From Cyanophyceae cyanobacterium (GTDB taxonomy: Bacteria; Cyanobacteriota; Cyanobacteriia; Cyanobacteriales; Laspinemataceae), in contig JBBQFN010000014.1 of NCBI GenBank assembly GCA_038321985.1, positions 1 through 64,000 of the forward strand: DNA of 64,000 nt, given 5' to 3'. The notes under the pieces were generated by a model. That model saw nothing but the letters and a program-made list of their open reading frames with translations, did no database searches and was not told the DNA's origin. Below, piece by piece: positions 9,606-22,088 of the stretch. Position 1 is the stretch's first letter; each line of letters begins with the position of its first letter. A program made the translations under genes and the position numbers.

Positions 9606-11006
9606 ATGAGTATGAAACCTATGGAATCTATTGTTCCTGCTAAATCTAGTAATTTCCTGGCTCAAAATCCACATTTGAACGAATTGATAGAGTCAGAAGA
9701 GTTACCCGGATTTGATGCCAAACATCCACCGGATCCTAAACTAATTGATACCTGTGTTCATTGTGGCTTTTGTTTGTCTACCTGTCCCAGTTATCGGGTG
9801 ATTGGGAAGGAAATGGATTCCCCTAGAGGGCGGATCTATTTAATGGATGCGATCGCCAATGGGGAAGCGCCTCTGGCAGAGGGAACCGTTGAACATTTTG
9901 ATACTTGTTTGGGATGTTTAGCCTGTGTCAGCACCTGTCCCTCGGGGGTACAATATGATAAATTGCTGGCAGCGACTCGTCCTCAAGTTGAGCGTAATTA
10001 TGAACGGTCCCTTGGCGATCGCGTGATTCGCAGTCTCATTTTTAACTTATTTCCCTATCCCAACCGTCTGCGTCCTTTATTGGTTCCTCTTTATGTTTAT
10101 CAAAAGTTAGGGATTCCAAAGCTAGTACGCAAGACGGGATTATTAAAGATAATCTCGCCTCGGTTAGCGGCAATGGAGTCGATTTTACCGAATATTACGG
10201 CTGAGTTTTTCAAGGGGAATTATCCTGATGTAATCCCAGCACAAGGAGAGAAACGCTACCGGGTGGGGATGTTACTCGGATGTGTGCAACGGTTATTTTT
10301 CAACCCAGTAAATGAGGCGACGGTGCGGGTTTTAACCGCGAATGGCTGTGAGGTGGTGATTCCCAAAGGACAGGGGTGTTGTGCGGCTTTACCGGCACAT
10401 CAAGGACAGGAAGAACAGGCACAGGCGATCACCCGTCAAATGATTGATAGCTTTGAAGGAACTGGGGTAGATTTTATCATTATTAATGCCGCCGGATGTG
10501 GTCATACTTTAAAAGAATATGGTCACATTCTCCAGGATGACCCGAATTACCACAGAAAAGCTCAAGATTTTGCTAACCAAGTGAAGGATGTGCATGAGTT
10601 TTTAGCTGAGGTGGGTTTAACGGCTAAACTATCTCCGGTGACGGAAGGAAATTTGACTGTTGTTTATCAGGATGCCTGTCATTTATTACATGGTCAAAAA
10701 ATTAGTCGGCAACCGCGCCAGATTCTTAAACTAATTCCAGGCATTCAACTCAAAGAACCGATTGATGCAGCTTTATGTTGTGGCAGTGCCGGAGTTTATA
10801 ATATGCTACAGCCCGAGGTTTCCGAGGAGTTGGGTCAGCAAAAAGTGCAGAATCTATTAAATACCGGGGCGGAGTTAATTGCCTCTCCCAATCCCGGCTG
10901 TGCTTTACAAATTAAGAAGCATTTGCAGCTAGAGGAGAAAGATATACCGCTGATGCACCCGATAGAATTATTAGATTTATCAATTCGGGGGGTGCGGCTA
11001 AAATAG
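9606..11006 (+). CDS. glcF: Glycolate oxidase iron-sulfur subunit
   Basis: Two CxxCxxCxxxCP motifs, DSPRGRI, and CCG-type domains (GCCAAL, LCCGSAG). The start is uncertain (9606/9612/9621). Confidence 0.9.
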   Translation: MSMKPMESIVPAKSSNFLAQNPHLNELIESEELPGFDAKHPPDPKLIDTCVHCGFCLSTCPSYRVIGKEMDSPRGRIYLMDAIANGEAPLAEGTVEHFDTCLGCLACVSTCPSGVQYDKLLAATRPQVERNYERSLGDRVIRSLIFNLFPYPNRLRPLLVPLYVYQKLGIPKLVRKTGLLKIISPRLAAMESILPNITAEFFKGNYPDVIPAQGEKRYRVGMLLGCVQRLFFNPVNEATVRVLTANGCEVVIPKGQGCCAALPAHQGQEEQAQAITRQMIDSFEGTGVDFIIINAAGCGHTLKEYGHILQDDPNYHRKAQDFANQVKDVHEFLAEVGLTAKLSPVTEGNLTVVYQDACHLLHGQKISRQPRQILKLIPGIQLKEPIDAALCCGSAGVYNMLQPEVSEELGQQKVQNLLNTGAELIASPNPGCALQIKKHLQLEEKDIPLMHPIELLDLSIRGVRLK

Positions 11007-11013
11007 GCATTGA

Positions 11014-11065
11014 GGTGCGTCAATGGGTTGGGGTTCTGATGGGTTTAATGAGCTTTTGACGCACC
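11014..11065. repeat. REP-like palindrome (GGTGCGTCAA...TTGACGCACC)
   Basis: Perfect 10-bp arms between convergent glcF and the TPR gene. Confidence 0.6.
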
Positions 11066-11133
11066 CTGGACTACTACAAAACAAGCAAAACGGTTAAGAG
11101 TAGGCACCGCTGAAATGGTTTTAAGAAATCAGT

Positions 11134-11700
11134 TTAGGTCAATTCTTGGATCAGTCGTGCCAATTCCTCTCGGAGTTGGAGTGTATTGGGATTAGTAGGT
11201 CCGATTTCCAAGGATTTATCGAGGGCGAGGAGTGCCTGTTGCAGCAGAGGAATGGCTTCGTTTGGATTGGGTTTTTTCCCGGCAAAGAGTAATAAGGACC
11301 CGCCAAAATTAAGCCAGCCACTCGCTTCGGTTCTGTCTCCCCAGTTACCATCGCCGGTGAGTGCGCGGCGACAAGATTCTACGGCATCTTGATAGCGATC
11401 AAGTTGGAGAAGAGCAACGCAGCGATCGGTTAAACTGAGGGAATAATCGGGTTTAAGGGTAATGGCGCGATCGCACGCTGCGATCGCCGCGTGAAAGCGT
11501 TGTCGTGCCACGAGGGTACTACATTGGGTTCCCCAGGCTTGATAGGTGTTTTCTGGGGCTTGGGCAATTTCAGCAGTAGCGTTTACTGAAATCTGGGAGT
11601 CGAGTTTGGGGTAAGCGGCACTAGCAGCTAAGACAGGCATTTCAAGGAAGAGGCACACTGCTGCCGTCAGGAGTCGAGATCCTAAGAGAGTCGGTTTCAT
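11134..11700 (-). CDS. Exported tetratricopeptide-repeat protein
   Basis: Signal-peptide-like N-terminus and TPR patterns (AIAACDRAITLKPD, YQDAVESCRRAL). Confidence 0.75.
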   Translation of the reverse strand: MKPTLLGSRLLTAAVCLFLEMPVLAASAAYPKLDSQISVNATAEIAQAPENTYQAWGTQCSTLVARQRFHAAIAACDRAITLKPDYSLSLTDRCVALLQLDRYQDAVESCRRALTGDGNWGDRTEASGWLNFGGSLLLFAGKKPNPNEAIPLLQQALLALDKSLEIGPTNPNTLQLREELARLIQELT

Positions 11701-14700
11701 TAATTACGATTTGTGAACGGAGGAGTTTACTTTGACTATGAAACCACACCTGTTACCTAAAATGTCAAGTTTGATGATAAAATTTTAGCCCATTTTTCTC
11801 TGATTAGAGAAAGTTATAGACGGGGGCCAGGATTACTTATAAAACGAGCCTCAATGAATTTGACAAGGGATCCAACGCCTAAGAGTCTTGTGGTGAAGGA
11901 TTGCGATCGCTCTTTGCTCCTGATGCGCGGTGTTCGATATTGCTGCAGCGCAATTTTTAGGGGAATGAACAAGCCGCAGACCCTTAAAATATCTGGGATC
12001 TGAAGCGACATTCCCTCAGCTTTGGGGCAGACTAATTACAAATTCTGTCCCTTGATCGATTTGAGAATTGACCTGTAATCGACCGCCATGCTTTTCAACC
12101 ACAATTTGACGGGCGATCGCCAATCCTAAGCCCGTGCCTTTCCCCACACCTTTGGTTGTAAATAAGTGGTCAAAAATATGACCTTTTATCTCATCTGATA
12201 TCCCTGGCCCGTTGTCACAAATGCGAATCGTCACCCATTCCTGAGACTGCTTTTCTGTCCGAATCGTGATGCAATTGGCTTGGGCTTTGATATTCTCAAA
12301 ACTCCGTTCCCGATTCGATTCTTCCAGTGCATCTATGGCATTAGCCAATATATTCATAAACACCTGATTTAATTGTCCGGGGAAGCACTCAACTGATGGC
12401 AAGTTCCCGTACTCTTTCACAACTTCAATCGCTGGACGCTGTTCGTTCGCTTTCAATCTGTGTTTGAGAATCAAAATCGTACTGTTAATCCCGTTATGAA
12501 TATTGAAAGGAACTTTGTAATCTTTGTCGGCTCTAGAGAAGGTACGAAGACTGGTGCTGATACCTTGGATGCGATCGCACCCGATTTGCATCGAATTCAA
12601 CATTTTGGGTAAATCTTCTAAGAGATATTCGATATCAATCTCTTCAGCTTTTTCTTCAATCTCCTCACCCGGACTGGGAAATTTTTCTTTATAAAGTTGC
12701 AAGTATTGTGTAATATCTTTGACGGCGGCGATCGCTTCATGGATATTCCCAGAAATAAATCCAACTGGATTATTAATTTCATGGGCAACCCCGGCTACTA
12801 AATTGCCCAAAGCCGACATTTTTTCGCTCTGCACTAATTGCAGTTGAGATTGTTCAACCTGGTGAGCGTAGTCCTGGGCTTGCTGATACAATCGCGCATT
12901 TTCTAGGGAAATGGCCGCCTGAGTGCAGAGGAAGTTGAGGATAAGGAGACGATCGCGAGTAAACACTCCTTTTGTCGATCGATGTTCCAGATAAAGTATG
13001 CCAACTAAATTTCCGCGATCGAGAATCGGAGTACATAGCATACTCTGAGAGTGATACTGGAGCGTACAGTCATTCATTAAACCCGGAATATCGGTCTTGC
13101 CACCTTCAATAAGCACAGTTTCCCGGGTGTGTTTGACATAATAAACCAGCTTGAGCGGAATCACCGCAGAGCCATCCAGAGGTTGGGTTTGCAGTAGGGT
13201 TGTGGGTGGTTGGTTATCTGGATTGATGTGAGTTATTGCCCGGATTTGCCATTCATCCTGATGGGGGAGTAGCAAAGCACAAGTTTCTGCCCCAGAAGTT
13301 TTCAAAATAATTTGATTGAGGGTGGCGAGCAATTCATCAATCTGAATTTTACTGGATAAAGCTTGAGCCGCTTGCACAATAGATGCGAAATCAAGGGCAT
13401 CGGAAATACTCGTGCTACTCTGGGTGGAAGTGTGCGAAGACTGGCTCATCGTTGCCAGTGTCTCTAGAGGGTTAAAGCGAAGTTTGGGCTGATTCAGGAT
13501 CGGCCCAAGTAATTGGGGATAGCGTTTTTCTAAGTCTTCAACTTTGGCTTTAGCTCCCCAACGGGCATAACAGTAATATGCTTCCTGCATATAGCTGGCT
13601 GCCACTTTTTCTTTGCCCCAGTCTAGGTAGAATTTGGCAGCTAATTCGTAGGCGATCGCTTCTTCTTGGAGATATTTGTTTTCTTTAGCTCCGGCAATAG
13701 CAAGGTCATAACAATTAATTGCTTCAGCTTTATTGCCTAAAACGCGATGTTGTTCTCCGTAAATCAGATCGAGCTTATGTTGGTAATTTACAGGCGCATA
13801 ATGGGCCCATTTCTGAATTTTCTCTACGTTGGATCGAATTTTTTCAAGAATGCTCCTGCTTTCAAATTCCGATGCGTCTGTTAATACGGCTAGTTGAGTA
13901 AGGGAATCGTAAAAATAAAATACCCCCACTACAAAATTAGCTGTCACGCCTCTTAAGTGTACTTCGGCTGTTGCGGCATTTTCAACTGCTTCAAAAAACT
14001 GATCGAACAAGTAGCAAAGAATTAGTTTATTAAAGTAAACGTAGAAAATAGCACTTGCATCATTGCCTTGCTGGTGTAGTGGCAGCATGGTTTGCTCGTC
14101 ATAGACATTCCCAATTAATCTGGATGGCTGTTCGGCACACTCGATTAAATTCAAGATAGCTTGATGTATAATCTGATTAAAATTCAAGGCATTTTTCTGC
14201 TTAATCTGAGCTAATGCTGCGTTGTAGCTGGTAATTTCCCGTTCCAGCACTGACAATTCATTGCCACCCAAGTAGGCATGGTAAGCATAAATGTAGGTAG
14301 ACAGTGCGGCAAATTCTAAGTCTCCTGTTTCCAGCCCAATTGCATAAGCTGATTGCAATGGTTCCAAGGTTTTTTGCACGGCTTCTCGCCAATGCCGGAC
14401 ATTCGCATTTGCTACAAAAATCGTTCTGGCTTTAATATCTTTAGCGTTAAGTTGATCGAGCAAGCTTAAAGCCAGTTGACCGAATTGATAGCCTGTCTCA
14501 ATGTCTCCCACAACGCCACAAAGAATTAGGCCAAAGAAGGCGTAACTCGGAGCTGAGAGCGCGGTATTTCCATATTGAATTGATAAGTTTACCTGTTGTG
14601 ACACGACTAACGGCAGCAACAACGGTGCAGCTTGGTAGGCACAGGGAGCCAAACTGCTAAGAATTTGCATGGTTGCCTGTTTGAATGGATCGGTCATTTC

Positions 14701-15308
14701 TGGCAATGCAATCAAGTCTATGGGAGACCTACCAGCCAAAGCAGACAGGGTTGCTTCTAGTTTGATTTGGACATCAGATAGTTGCGGATCTTCAGGAAAC
14801 TCTAACCCCAACAATTGCAAAACTTGCAGTCCAGTTTCTATGGCTTCTAGCAGCAGATTCTGAGCCAGACAAGCCTGCATTTTGATATTGTAGATTTCGA
14901 TAGTTTCTAATAGGGCTGGAGATTGCTGTAACACTACTTCAATCCACCGATCCATCTGTGCAAAATTACTGCTAAGGTAGGCTGCATCTACTGCTTCTTC
15001 ATATATCGCCAGCGTTAGATTGTACTGACTATGCCAGCTATCAGTTGCCAACAGTTTAATACCTGTCTTTAGATAGTTAAATGCAGCTACATGGGCAGTA
15101 GATGCTTTCGCTTTCTGTCCTGCCAGTAAATTCAATTGGGCGAGTTCATATCGCTCAGATTGCTGATTGATTAACCCGGCACCCATATTCAGTTGATTTA
15201 CAATTTCAAATATCGGGTTTTTTCTTTCTCCCGTCGAAGAGTTTTTCAACAAAAGTTGGCCGATCTTGAGGTGGGTTGCTTCTTTGCGTTCCGTAGGAAT
15301 TAAAGAAT

Positions 15309-16337
15309 AGACCTCTTGCAAAAAAAATCTATGCTATGATGAAAAGTTTTGAATTTTAGACCCCAAAGCCAACTCATAATTGTAAAGTGCTGACAACAAA
15401 TTACAACGGAGGCCATAACGGCGGCGACGATTGCGATAACGACTTGACAAAATTTTGAAAATTTTCAGACTCCTATTAACATTCTCAATCACTATTCTGT
15501 TGTGGGCTAAAGCCCGATTGTATTCTTTTTCTAATGCAGAAAGAGGCCTTTTTTTAGATTTCTTTTTAGGGATATAACTATTAAGGTGATAGTCGGTTAT
15601 TCCTTGATATCCACTATCTTGTAAACTCTCGGTTTCAGGATGAAAATGGATCTGGCTTTTTTTAAACAAATTGAAATCCTGGCAATGCCCGGGTCCAAAA
15701 TTCAAGCAAATAATTTGTTTAGTTTCTTGATCAATAACCACCTGCATTTTTAGTGTGTGATATTTTTTCTTTCCTGAATAGTATTTTTTCTGTTTTTTTT
15801 TGGGCGTTCGATAGCTGTTTCTGTGACATCCATTACCACAACTTCGGGAGGCGCGAAGCCTTTTAACAAGGCTTTTTTACCAGGAATACCAAACTTTCCT
15901 GTTTTCATTAAGGTTGATTCAATATTAGTAACAATTCGGCAAATCGTTGATTCGGATACTCCCCAATTTGTACCGATATGGAAATAGGTTCGATATTCTC
16001 GCCAATATTCCAAGGCCACTAGGACTTGTTCTTCAAGAGTTAAGGTACTTCGACGTCCTCGTTTATCTTTCGGATTCTCTAACCGGAATTGTTTTAAAGA
16101 GTTCACCATTTCTTTAAACGTTTGAATTTGGACACCAAATCTCCGTTTAAATTGCTCTGACTTCAAATCTAGATAAAATCGATTGTTCATGATTATTTTA
16201 TGGTCGAACTGCAAAATACCTTTTTAGCATTCTATGTTGTTTTTAGCAAAAGGTACTGAAAATCAGCTAAGAGCGGCTATTCATTCGATTTAAGCAAAAC
16301 TTTTTATTGTAGCATAAAATTATTTTGCAAGAGGTCT
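15309..16337 (-). mobile_element. IS5-family insertion sequence (ISL2-like group), 1029 bp
   Basis: Terminal inverted repeats AGACCTCTTGCAAAA (15 bp perfect, about 43 bp imperfect) and flanking AAT duplication at 15306-15308 and 16338-16340. Confidence 0.93.
15334..16190 (-). CDS. IS5-family transposase encoded as two ORFs joined by a -1 frameshift
   Basis: orfA has an HTH (LEYWREYRTYFHI, WGVSEST) and DVTE. orfB has DSGYQG and RIVIENVNR. A -1 shift at the A9 run (15793-15801) gives the conserved ..QKKYYSGKKKYHTLKMQ. Confidence 0.88.
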
Positions 16338-18599
16338 AATAAGCAGCTTGCTGGACGCGATCGTGCAAGAAGCGATAAGCGACCGTTTGAGAAATCGCTT
16401 CAGAAATATTCTGTTCGATGCCTACATAAAACTTATAAACTTCACTTTGGGGCAAAACCAAACCTTCTTGTAAAGCTTTCCACAAGGCGGTTGCGCTTTC
16501 CATCTCAGAACTCTCTGAAACAATGGCTAATGTTGCTAAGTCAAACTGGTTACCAATGCAAGCGGCTAATTTTAAAAAATCCTGAGTTTCTCTGGGCAAT
16601 TTCTGTAACTGCTGCGCCATAAATTCCACTACATTATCAGTCAGCGCTGCCTCTCGAACTTGACTAATATCGCACTGCCAATGTCCCGATTGGATATCAA
16701 AAGTAATTACTTCATCCTTATGCAAGGCTTTGAGAAACTGCGTTGCAAAAAATGGGTTGCATTGAGTTTTTTGATAAACCAGTTCTGTCAGCGGTTGTGC
16801 CACCTTAGGAGAACAAACTAGCGTATCCGCTACCAATTGATTCAAACTAACTTGGTCGAGCGGTGCTAATGTAATGGTGTTGAGTGTTGTTCCTGCCTTC
16901 CTCACTTCATCTAAGGTCAACATCAGGCGATGGGTTGGTGATACTTCGTTATCCCGATAAGCTCCCAGCAGCAACAGATAACCCAATTGCGACTCATTGA
17001 CGAGCAGTTGCATTAACTTCAGGGATGCCGAATCCGCCCATTGTAAGTCATCCAAAAACATCACCAAGGGATGCTCTTTTGTGGTGAAGACAGCAATGAA
17101 TTTGTGGAAGAGCAAATTAAACAGATTTTGAGCAGCAATCCCCGATAACTCTGGGGTGGGGGGTTGTGTTCCAATAATCCGTTCTAGTTCGGGAATGACT
17201 TCAATAATGACTTGTCCGTTGTCACCCAGCGCTGCGAGAATTTTGGTTTTCCATTCTTGGATTTGGGCATCACTTTCACTGAGTAATTGTGCCATTAAAT
17301 CTCGGAATGCCTGGACAAATGCCGAGAAGGGAATGTTACGGCTAAACTGGTCGAATTTGCCTTTGATGAAATAGCCGCGCTGCCGGACAATGGGTTTATG
17401 CACCTCGTTGACTACAGCCGTTTTACCAATCCCGGAAAACCCCGCGATCAGCATCAATTCTGATGTGCCATTCGCCACGCGATCGAAGGCATTCAACAGG
17501 GTTTGTACTTCTGTTTCTCGACCATAAAGCTTTTCAGGAATCAGGAAGCGATCGCATATATCCCGCGTTCCTAACTCAAAAGTTTCAATCTTTCCAGTTT
17601 CTTGACACTGCTGCAAACACCGTTCTAAGTCATGCTTCAATCCCAAGGCACTTTGATAGCGCTGTTCAGCATTTTTTGCCATCAGCTTCATCACCATATC
17701 CGACACTACCTGCGGGATTTCTTGGCTGTTTATTGCAGGAGGTTGTTTGGCAATATGGCAGTGAACCAACTCCATCGGGTCGTCACATTCAAATGGCAGT
17801 TTTCCTGTCAGCAGTTCGTAAAAGGTGGCTCCCAGAGAATAAAAGTCGGTGCGGTAGTCGATGCCTCGGTTCATTCGTCCAGTTTGTTCGGGAGAAATAT
17901 AGGCGAGGGTTCCTTCTAAAACGTTGGGATTTTGAATTTCTTGAGTTTCTTTCGGCAGTAGGGAGGCGATGCTAAAGTCAATCAGTTTGACTTGTTTAGT
18001 TTCGGGATGAATCAGGACGTTAGCGGGCTTAATATCTTTGTGGATGACTCGGTTTCGGTAGAGTCCATCAAGGATGTCGGCTATTTGAATGGCAATTTCC
18101 AATATTTCTACCAGAGTCAGCGATCGCTCTTGGGCGTAGTCTCGCAGAGAAATGCCACCAAAATCCTCCATTACTAGGGCATAGCTGTGGCGATAGGATT
18201 CCAGATTGTAGGGTTCAACGACTCCAGGCAAACCTAGATTTTTGGCGATCGTATACTGGTTGCGGAATTGCAGCAGTTCGCTGAAACTGGGATAGTCTCG
18301 ATTTAATAGTTTAATGACAACCGGAAGCTGGTCTGTTTCTCGGATAGCTCGATAAACTAAGGTTCTGGAACCACAGTATAATTGCTCAACCAGATCATAT
18401 CCCGAAACTCGGTGCGTCCAATCCACTGCCGTACTCCTATGGATTACTCCATCTCAGACATTGACTCTTGTAACTAATTATACACTTTTAGTGATCTAGT
18501 CTGAGGAAAATAGAACTGCGACATCCCCAGCCTAGAGAGTCTACCGCTTTTATTTTTTTTCACTTTTGAAGAGAAAGATGGCGATCTATCAAGAGAGTT

Positions 18600-19889
18600 T
18601 TATCCTTTCATTGGCAATAAAATTGTAAACTCCGTCCCTTCTCCCAATACAGAATTTACCTCGATCGCCCCTCCATGTTTCTCAACCACAATCTGCCGTG
18701 CGATCGCCAATCCCAATCCCGTCCCTTTCCCTACTCCCTTGGTAGTAAATAAATCGTCAAAAATCTTCTCTTGCACGGCCTCACTCATGCCTACACCGTT
18801 ATCTTTAATGCGAATTATTGCGTGCTGCCTATCTTCAGATAATTCTGTCTTGATAATAATTTGATTAGGATTAATTTTAATTTCAGCATAACTACGTCCA
18901 GTATTTGATTCTTCTAAAGCATCGATCGCATTAGCCAACAGATTCATAAATACCTGATTTAATTGTCCTGCATAACATTCTACTTCTGGTAGAGCCCCAT
19001 ACTCTTTGATAGCTTTAATGTCAGGACGAATATCAGAAGCTATGAGGCGATGTTTGAGGATCATAATTGTACTATCAATACCCTCGTGAATATTGCAAGG
19101 AATGGGGCAGTCTCTATCAGCACGAGAAAATATCCGCAAGCTGGTGCTAATGTCTTTAATCCGGTTTACTCCTTCTTGCATTGAGCCAATTAACTTGGGG
19201 AAGTCTTCGCGGATGTATTCGAGGTCAATCGCTTCAATTTTCTCTTGAATTGCCGCACTGAAATTAGCAGATTCTTGCCGAACTAAATCCAGCAATCCAA
19301 ACAAATCTTTGATATGGTCTAAAGCGGGCTGAATATTGCCAGAAAGAAAGCCAACGGGGTTATTAATTTCGTGGGCAACACCAGCCACCAAGTTGCCCAG
19401 AGCAGACAATTTTTCGCGTTGAATGACTTGGATCTGAGCGTCTCGTAATTCAGCAGTTTTTTGAGCCACTTGCTGTTCTAAGTTTTGAGTCAAGAGACGC
19501 AACTGTAAATGAGTTTTCACTCGCGCTAACACCTCTTGTTCTTGGAAGGGCTTCGTAACGTAGTCTACTGCACCAAGGTTAAGCCCTTTAACTTTGTTGT
19601 CTACATCAGCCAGAGCAGTCATAAACATAACTGGAATATCGCAAGTTTTGGAATTAGCTTTAAGGCGTTGACAGGTTTCAAATCCATCAATTCCCGGCAT
19701 CATCACATCCAGTAAAATCAGATCGGGCGGTCGCCGCTCAACTTGTTGCAGAGCGCGTTCGCCACTGGTAGCGATCGCCACCTTATACCCCGCATTACTC
19801 AACGCTTCCGAGATGACATCCAGATTGGTGGGGGTATCATCAACGATTAAAATTAAGCCAGTTAAACCAGTTGTCATCGTCATCTTCAA
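18600..19889 (-). CDS. Hybrid response regulator/histidine kinase (REC-HisKA-HATPase)
   Basis: [43 protein letters not shown]. Confidence 0.92.
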   Translation of the reverse strand: MKMTMTTGLTGLILIVDDTPTNLDVISEALSNAGYKVAIATSGERALQQVERRPPDLILLDVMMPGIDGFETCQRLKANSKTCDIPVMFMTALADVDNKVKGLNLGAVDYVTKPFQEQEVLARVKTHLQLRLLTQNLEQQVAQKTAELRDAQIQVIQREKLSALGNLVAGVAHEINNPVGFLSGNIQPALDHIKDLFGLLDLVRQESANFSAAIQEKIEAIDLEYIREDFPKLIGSMQEGVNRIKDISTSLRIFSRADRDCPIPCNIHEGIDSTIMILKHRLIASDIRPDIKAIKEYGALPEVECYAGQLNQVFMNLLANAIDALEESNTGRSYAEIKINPNQIIIKTELSEDRQHAIIRIKDNGVGMSEAVQEKIFDDLFTTKGVGKGTGLGLAIARQIVVEKHGGAIEVNSVLGEGTEFTILLPMKG

Positions 19890-19892
19890 ATC

Positions 19893-22088
19893 TTAAGTAT
19901 CAGTAAGGTGTTCTTGAATCAATTCCTCGATCTTCTCTGTTTGGAATTGCTTAGCTAATTGTATGACTTCCTGAATAAAGGGCTGATAGCGCTTATCCTT
20001 TTGCCCAATTTCCGCAGCGGTTTCTGCCACTTCTCTCAGCAGACCATCCTGGGCCAGTTCCAGTAAAATTTGCAAGTCCGCCGCCGATGGGGGAATTAGT
20101 TCTGTAGCGGATACTTTATTATCGCTTGTGCTTAAATCAGTTGCGTCATATTTCCAGGTGAGTTGTAAATGCTTGGCCACCAACATCAACAACTCCTCTG
20201 CATCAACGGGTTTGGTCAGAAAATCATCCCCTCCTGCTTCTATACTCATCTGTTGATCTAGTTGCGCTACTGAGGCTGACGATACAAGCACTTTCAAGTG
20301 TTTTAACTCCTCTGAGTTGCGTAACTGTTTGAGCAGTTCAAATCCATCCATTATCGGCATCGCTAAGTCAGTGATGATCAAATCTGGCAGTTTTTCTCTG
20401 GCTTTTTCTAAGCCTGCTTGACCATTCTCCGCTTCGGTAAATATGAATCCCATCCGCTCTAGTAGGTTCACCAATACTGACCGATTTTCCCAACGGTCAT
20501 CCACAATTAGAATATGACGTGGTGGGCCTTCATAGCCAATAATGCTACGTCCGTCTTTGACTGAACTTTTTTCTGCCCAATCGGTGGCGATGGGTAGTGC
20601 TACTTCAAAGTAGAAGGTACTGCCTACCCCAAGCTGACTCTCAACTTGAATTTCTCCGCCCATTAATTGCACAATTCTTTGGCTGATGGCTAAACCTAAG
20701 CCTGTGCCTTCCGATTGGCGTTGGCGATCGCCTACTTGTTCAAAGGCTTGGAATACTTTGTTTACTTGGTCAGATGCGATGCCGACTCCTGTATCTATCA
20801 CTTGGAATTTGAGCCGAGGCAAGGGCATAGTTGCATTTGATTCTATCGCTTCTACTTTGAGAGTGATGCTGCCTTTGTCGGTGAATTTAATCGCGTTTCC
20901 TAAGAGATTGAGCAGCACTTGGCGGAGTCGTTTTTCGTCAGTTTCAATCCCTGTGGGTAAGTTGGGATCTGGTTGATAAATGAAATCGATCCCTTTTTGG
21001 TCAGAACGCACTCGACAGATTTCTACTACTCCTTGTAGGAATGAGGGTAAATGAATGGCTTTGGGGGTAAGTTCGAGTTTGCGGGCTTCGATTTTGGAGA
21101 GGTCTAAAACGTCGTTGATTAATGTCAGTAAGTGAGAACCGCACTGGTGAATAATATTCACACCATGACGTTCTTTTTCGGGGATGACTTGGGAGCGTCC
21201 CAGAATTTGGGCATAACCCAGAATCCCGTTGAGAGGTGTGCGGAGTTCGTGGCTCATATTGGCTAGGAAATCGCTTTTGGCTTGGTTGGCCGCATTGGCA
21301 GAGTCCTTTTTTGCCTCCAAATCGCGATAAGATTCTGCTAATTTGACAGTCATGCGGTTGAACTCGCTGGCTAATTGCTCGACTTCATCACCCGTCTGGA
21401 TGTCTAATCTGTAGTCCAGATTACCCTCTCTAATTGTCGCTACTCCTGCCTGAAGTTTTTTGATAGACCAGACAGCCGGCAATAGAATTAAGAAAAACTG
21501 CCCCGTAAGAACTAGCAAAGTAAAAAGAAGAATTCCCCATTTGACGATTTCCTCGTTGTGATTTAGATTTTCCCCTTCTTTAACGGCTTGTTTTTGCTGT
21601 TCTTGAAAAATTCCAATAATCTTAGAAGTAAAAAAGTTAATGTCTCTGTTAAAAGTGTTGATAGATCTATAGTCTTCCTTAACCTCTGCTAGAGGTCGAA
21701 TATTTTGGGCAATAACCGATTGACTAATTTCGGTAGCCAACCGATCAAAAGTTTGATATCGACGATACACAATATCTAATTCTTTAGTGGCGGGACTGAT
21801 TTTTTGCATTTCATCTAAGATAGATAAAAAATTTTCCTTTGCAGTTTCATATTCGGTAATTTTTACTTGAGGGTTTTCTAGCACTAACAAATCTTTTAAT
21901 ATAATAATTTGCCGTGCGAGAAGAGAATCTATAGTTTGAGCATTACCAATCAACTTCAGGCTTTTATAATGTGCCTCTTCTACTCTATTCCGTGAGCGTC
22001 CCAGCATGATGTTACTCGTTCCTAGGGCAATGACAATCATGCCTACAGTTATTACAGAAGAACCAACAAATTTTTGCCAAATTTTCAT
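19893..22088 (-). CDS. Membrane hybrid sensor histidine kinase (periplasmic helical domain-HAMP-HisKA-HATPase-REC)
   Basis: Two TM segments, HAMP ([15 protein letters not shown]), [28 protein letters not shown] (ILIVDD..ITDLAMP). Confidence 0.92.
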   Translation of the reverse strand: MKIWQKFVGSSVITVGMIVIALGTSNIMLGRSRNRVEEAHYKSLKLIGNAQTIDSLLARQIIILKDLLVLENPQVKITEYETAKENFLSILDEMQKISPATKELDIVYRRYQTFDRLATEISQSVIAQNIRPLAEVKEDYRSINTFNRDINFFTSKIIGIFQEQQKQAVKEGENLNHNEEIVKWGILLFTLLVLTGQFFLILLPAVWSIKKLQAGVATIREGNLDYRLDIQTGDEVEQLASEFNRMTVKLAESYRDLEAKKDSANAANQAKSDFLANMSHELRTPLNGILGYAQILGRSQVIPEKERHGVNIIHQCGSHLLTLINDVLDLSKIEARKLELTPKAIHLPSFLQGVVEICRVRSDQKGIDFIYQPDPNLPTGIETDEKRLRQVLLNLLGNAIKFTDKGSITLKVEAIESNATMPLPRLKFQVIDTGVGIASDQVNKVFQAFEQVGDRQRQSEGTGLGLAISQRIVQLMGGEIQVESQLGVGSTFYFEVALPIATDWAEKSSVKDGRSIIGYEGPPRHILIVDDRWENRSVLVNLLERMGFIFTEAENGQAGLEKAREKLPDLIITDLAMPIMDGFELLKQLRNSEELKHLKVLVSSASVAQLDQQMSIEAGGDDFLTKPVDAEELLMLVAKHLQLTWKYDATDLSTSDNKVSATELIPPSAADLQILLELAQDGLLREVAETAAEIGQKDKRYQPFIQEVIQLAKQFQTEKIEELIQEHLTDT

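Larger units (their letters stand above)
12016..18426 (-). pseudogene. Ser/Thr kinase-AAA ATPase-GAF-histidine kinase (HstK-type), interrupted by IS at 15309-16337
   Basis: N part 16338-18426 has HKDIKPAN, GTLAYISPE, GFSGIGKT and ends FLHDRVQQAAY. C part resumes SLIP and carries [11 protein letters not shown] and GKGTGLGL. Removing the IS and one AAT copy restores QQAAYSLIP in frame (about 1792 aa). Confidence 0.92.
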
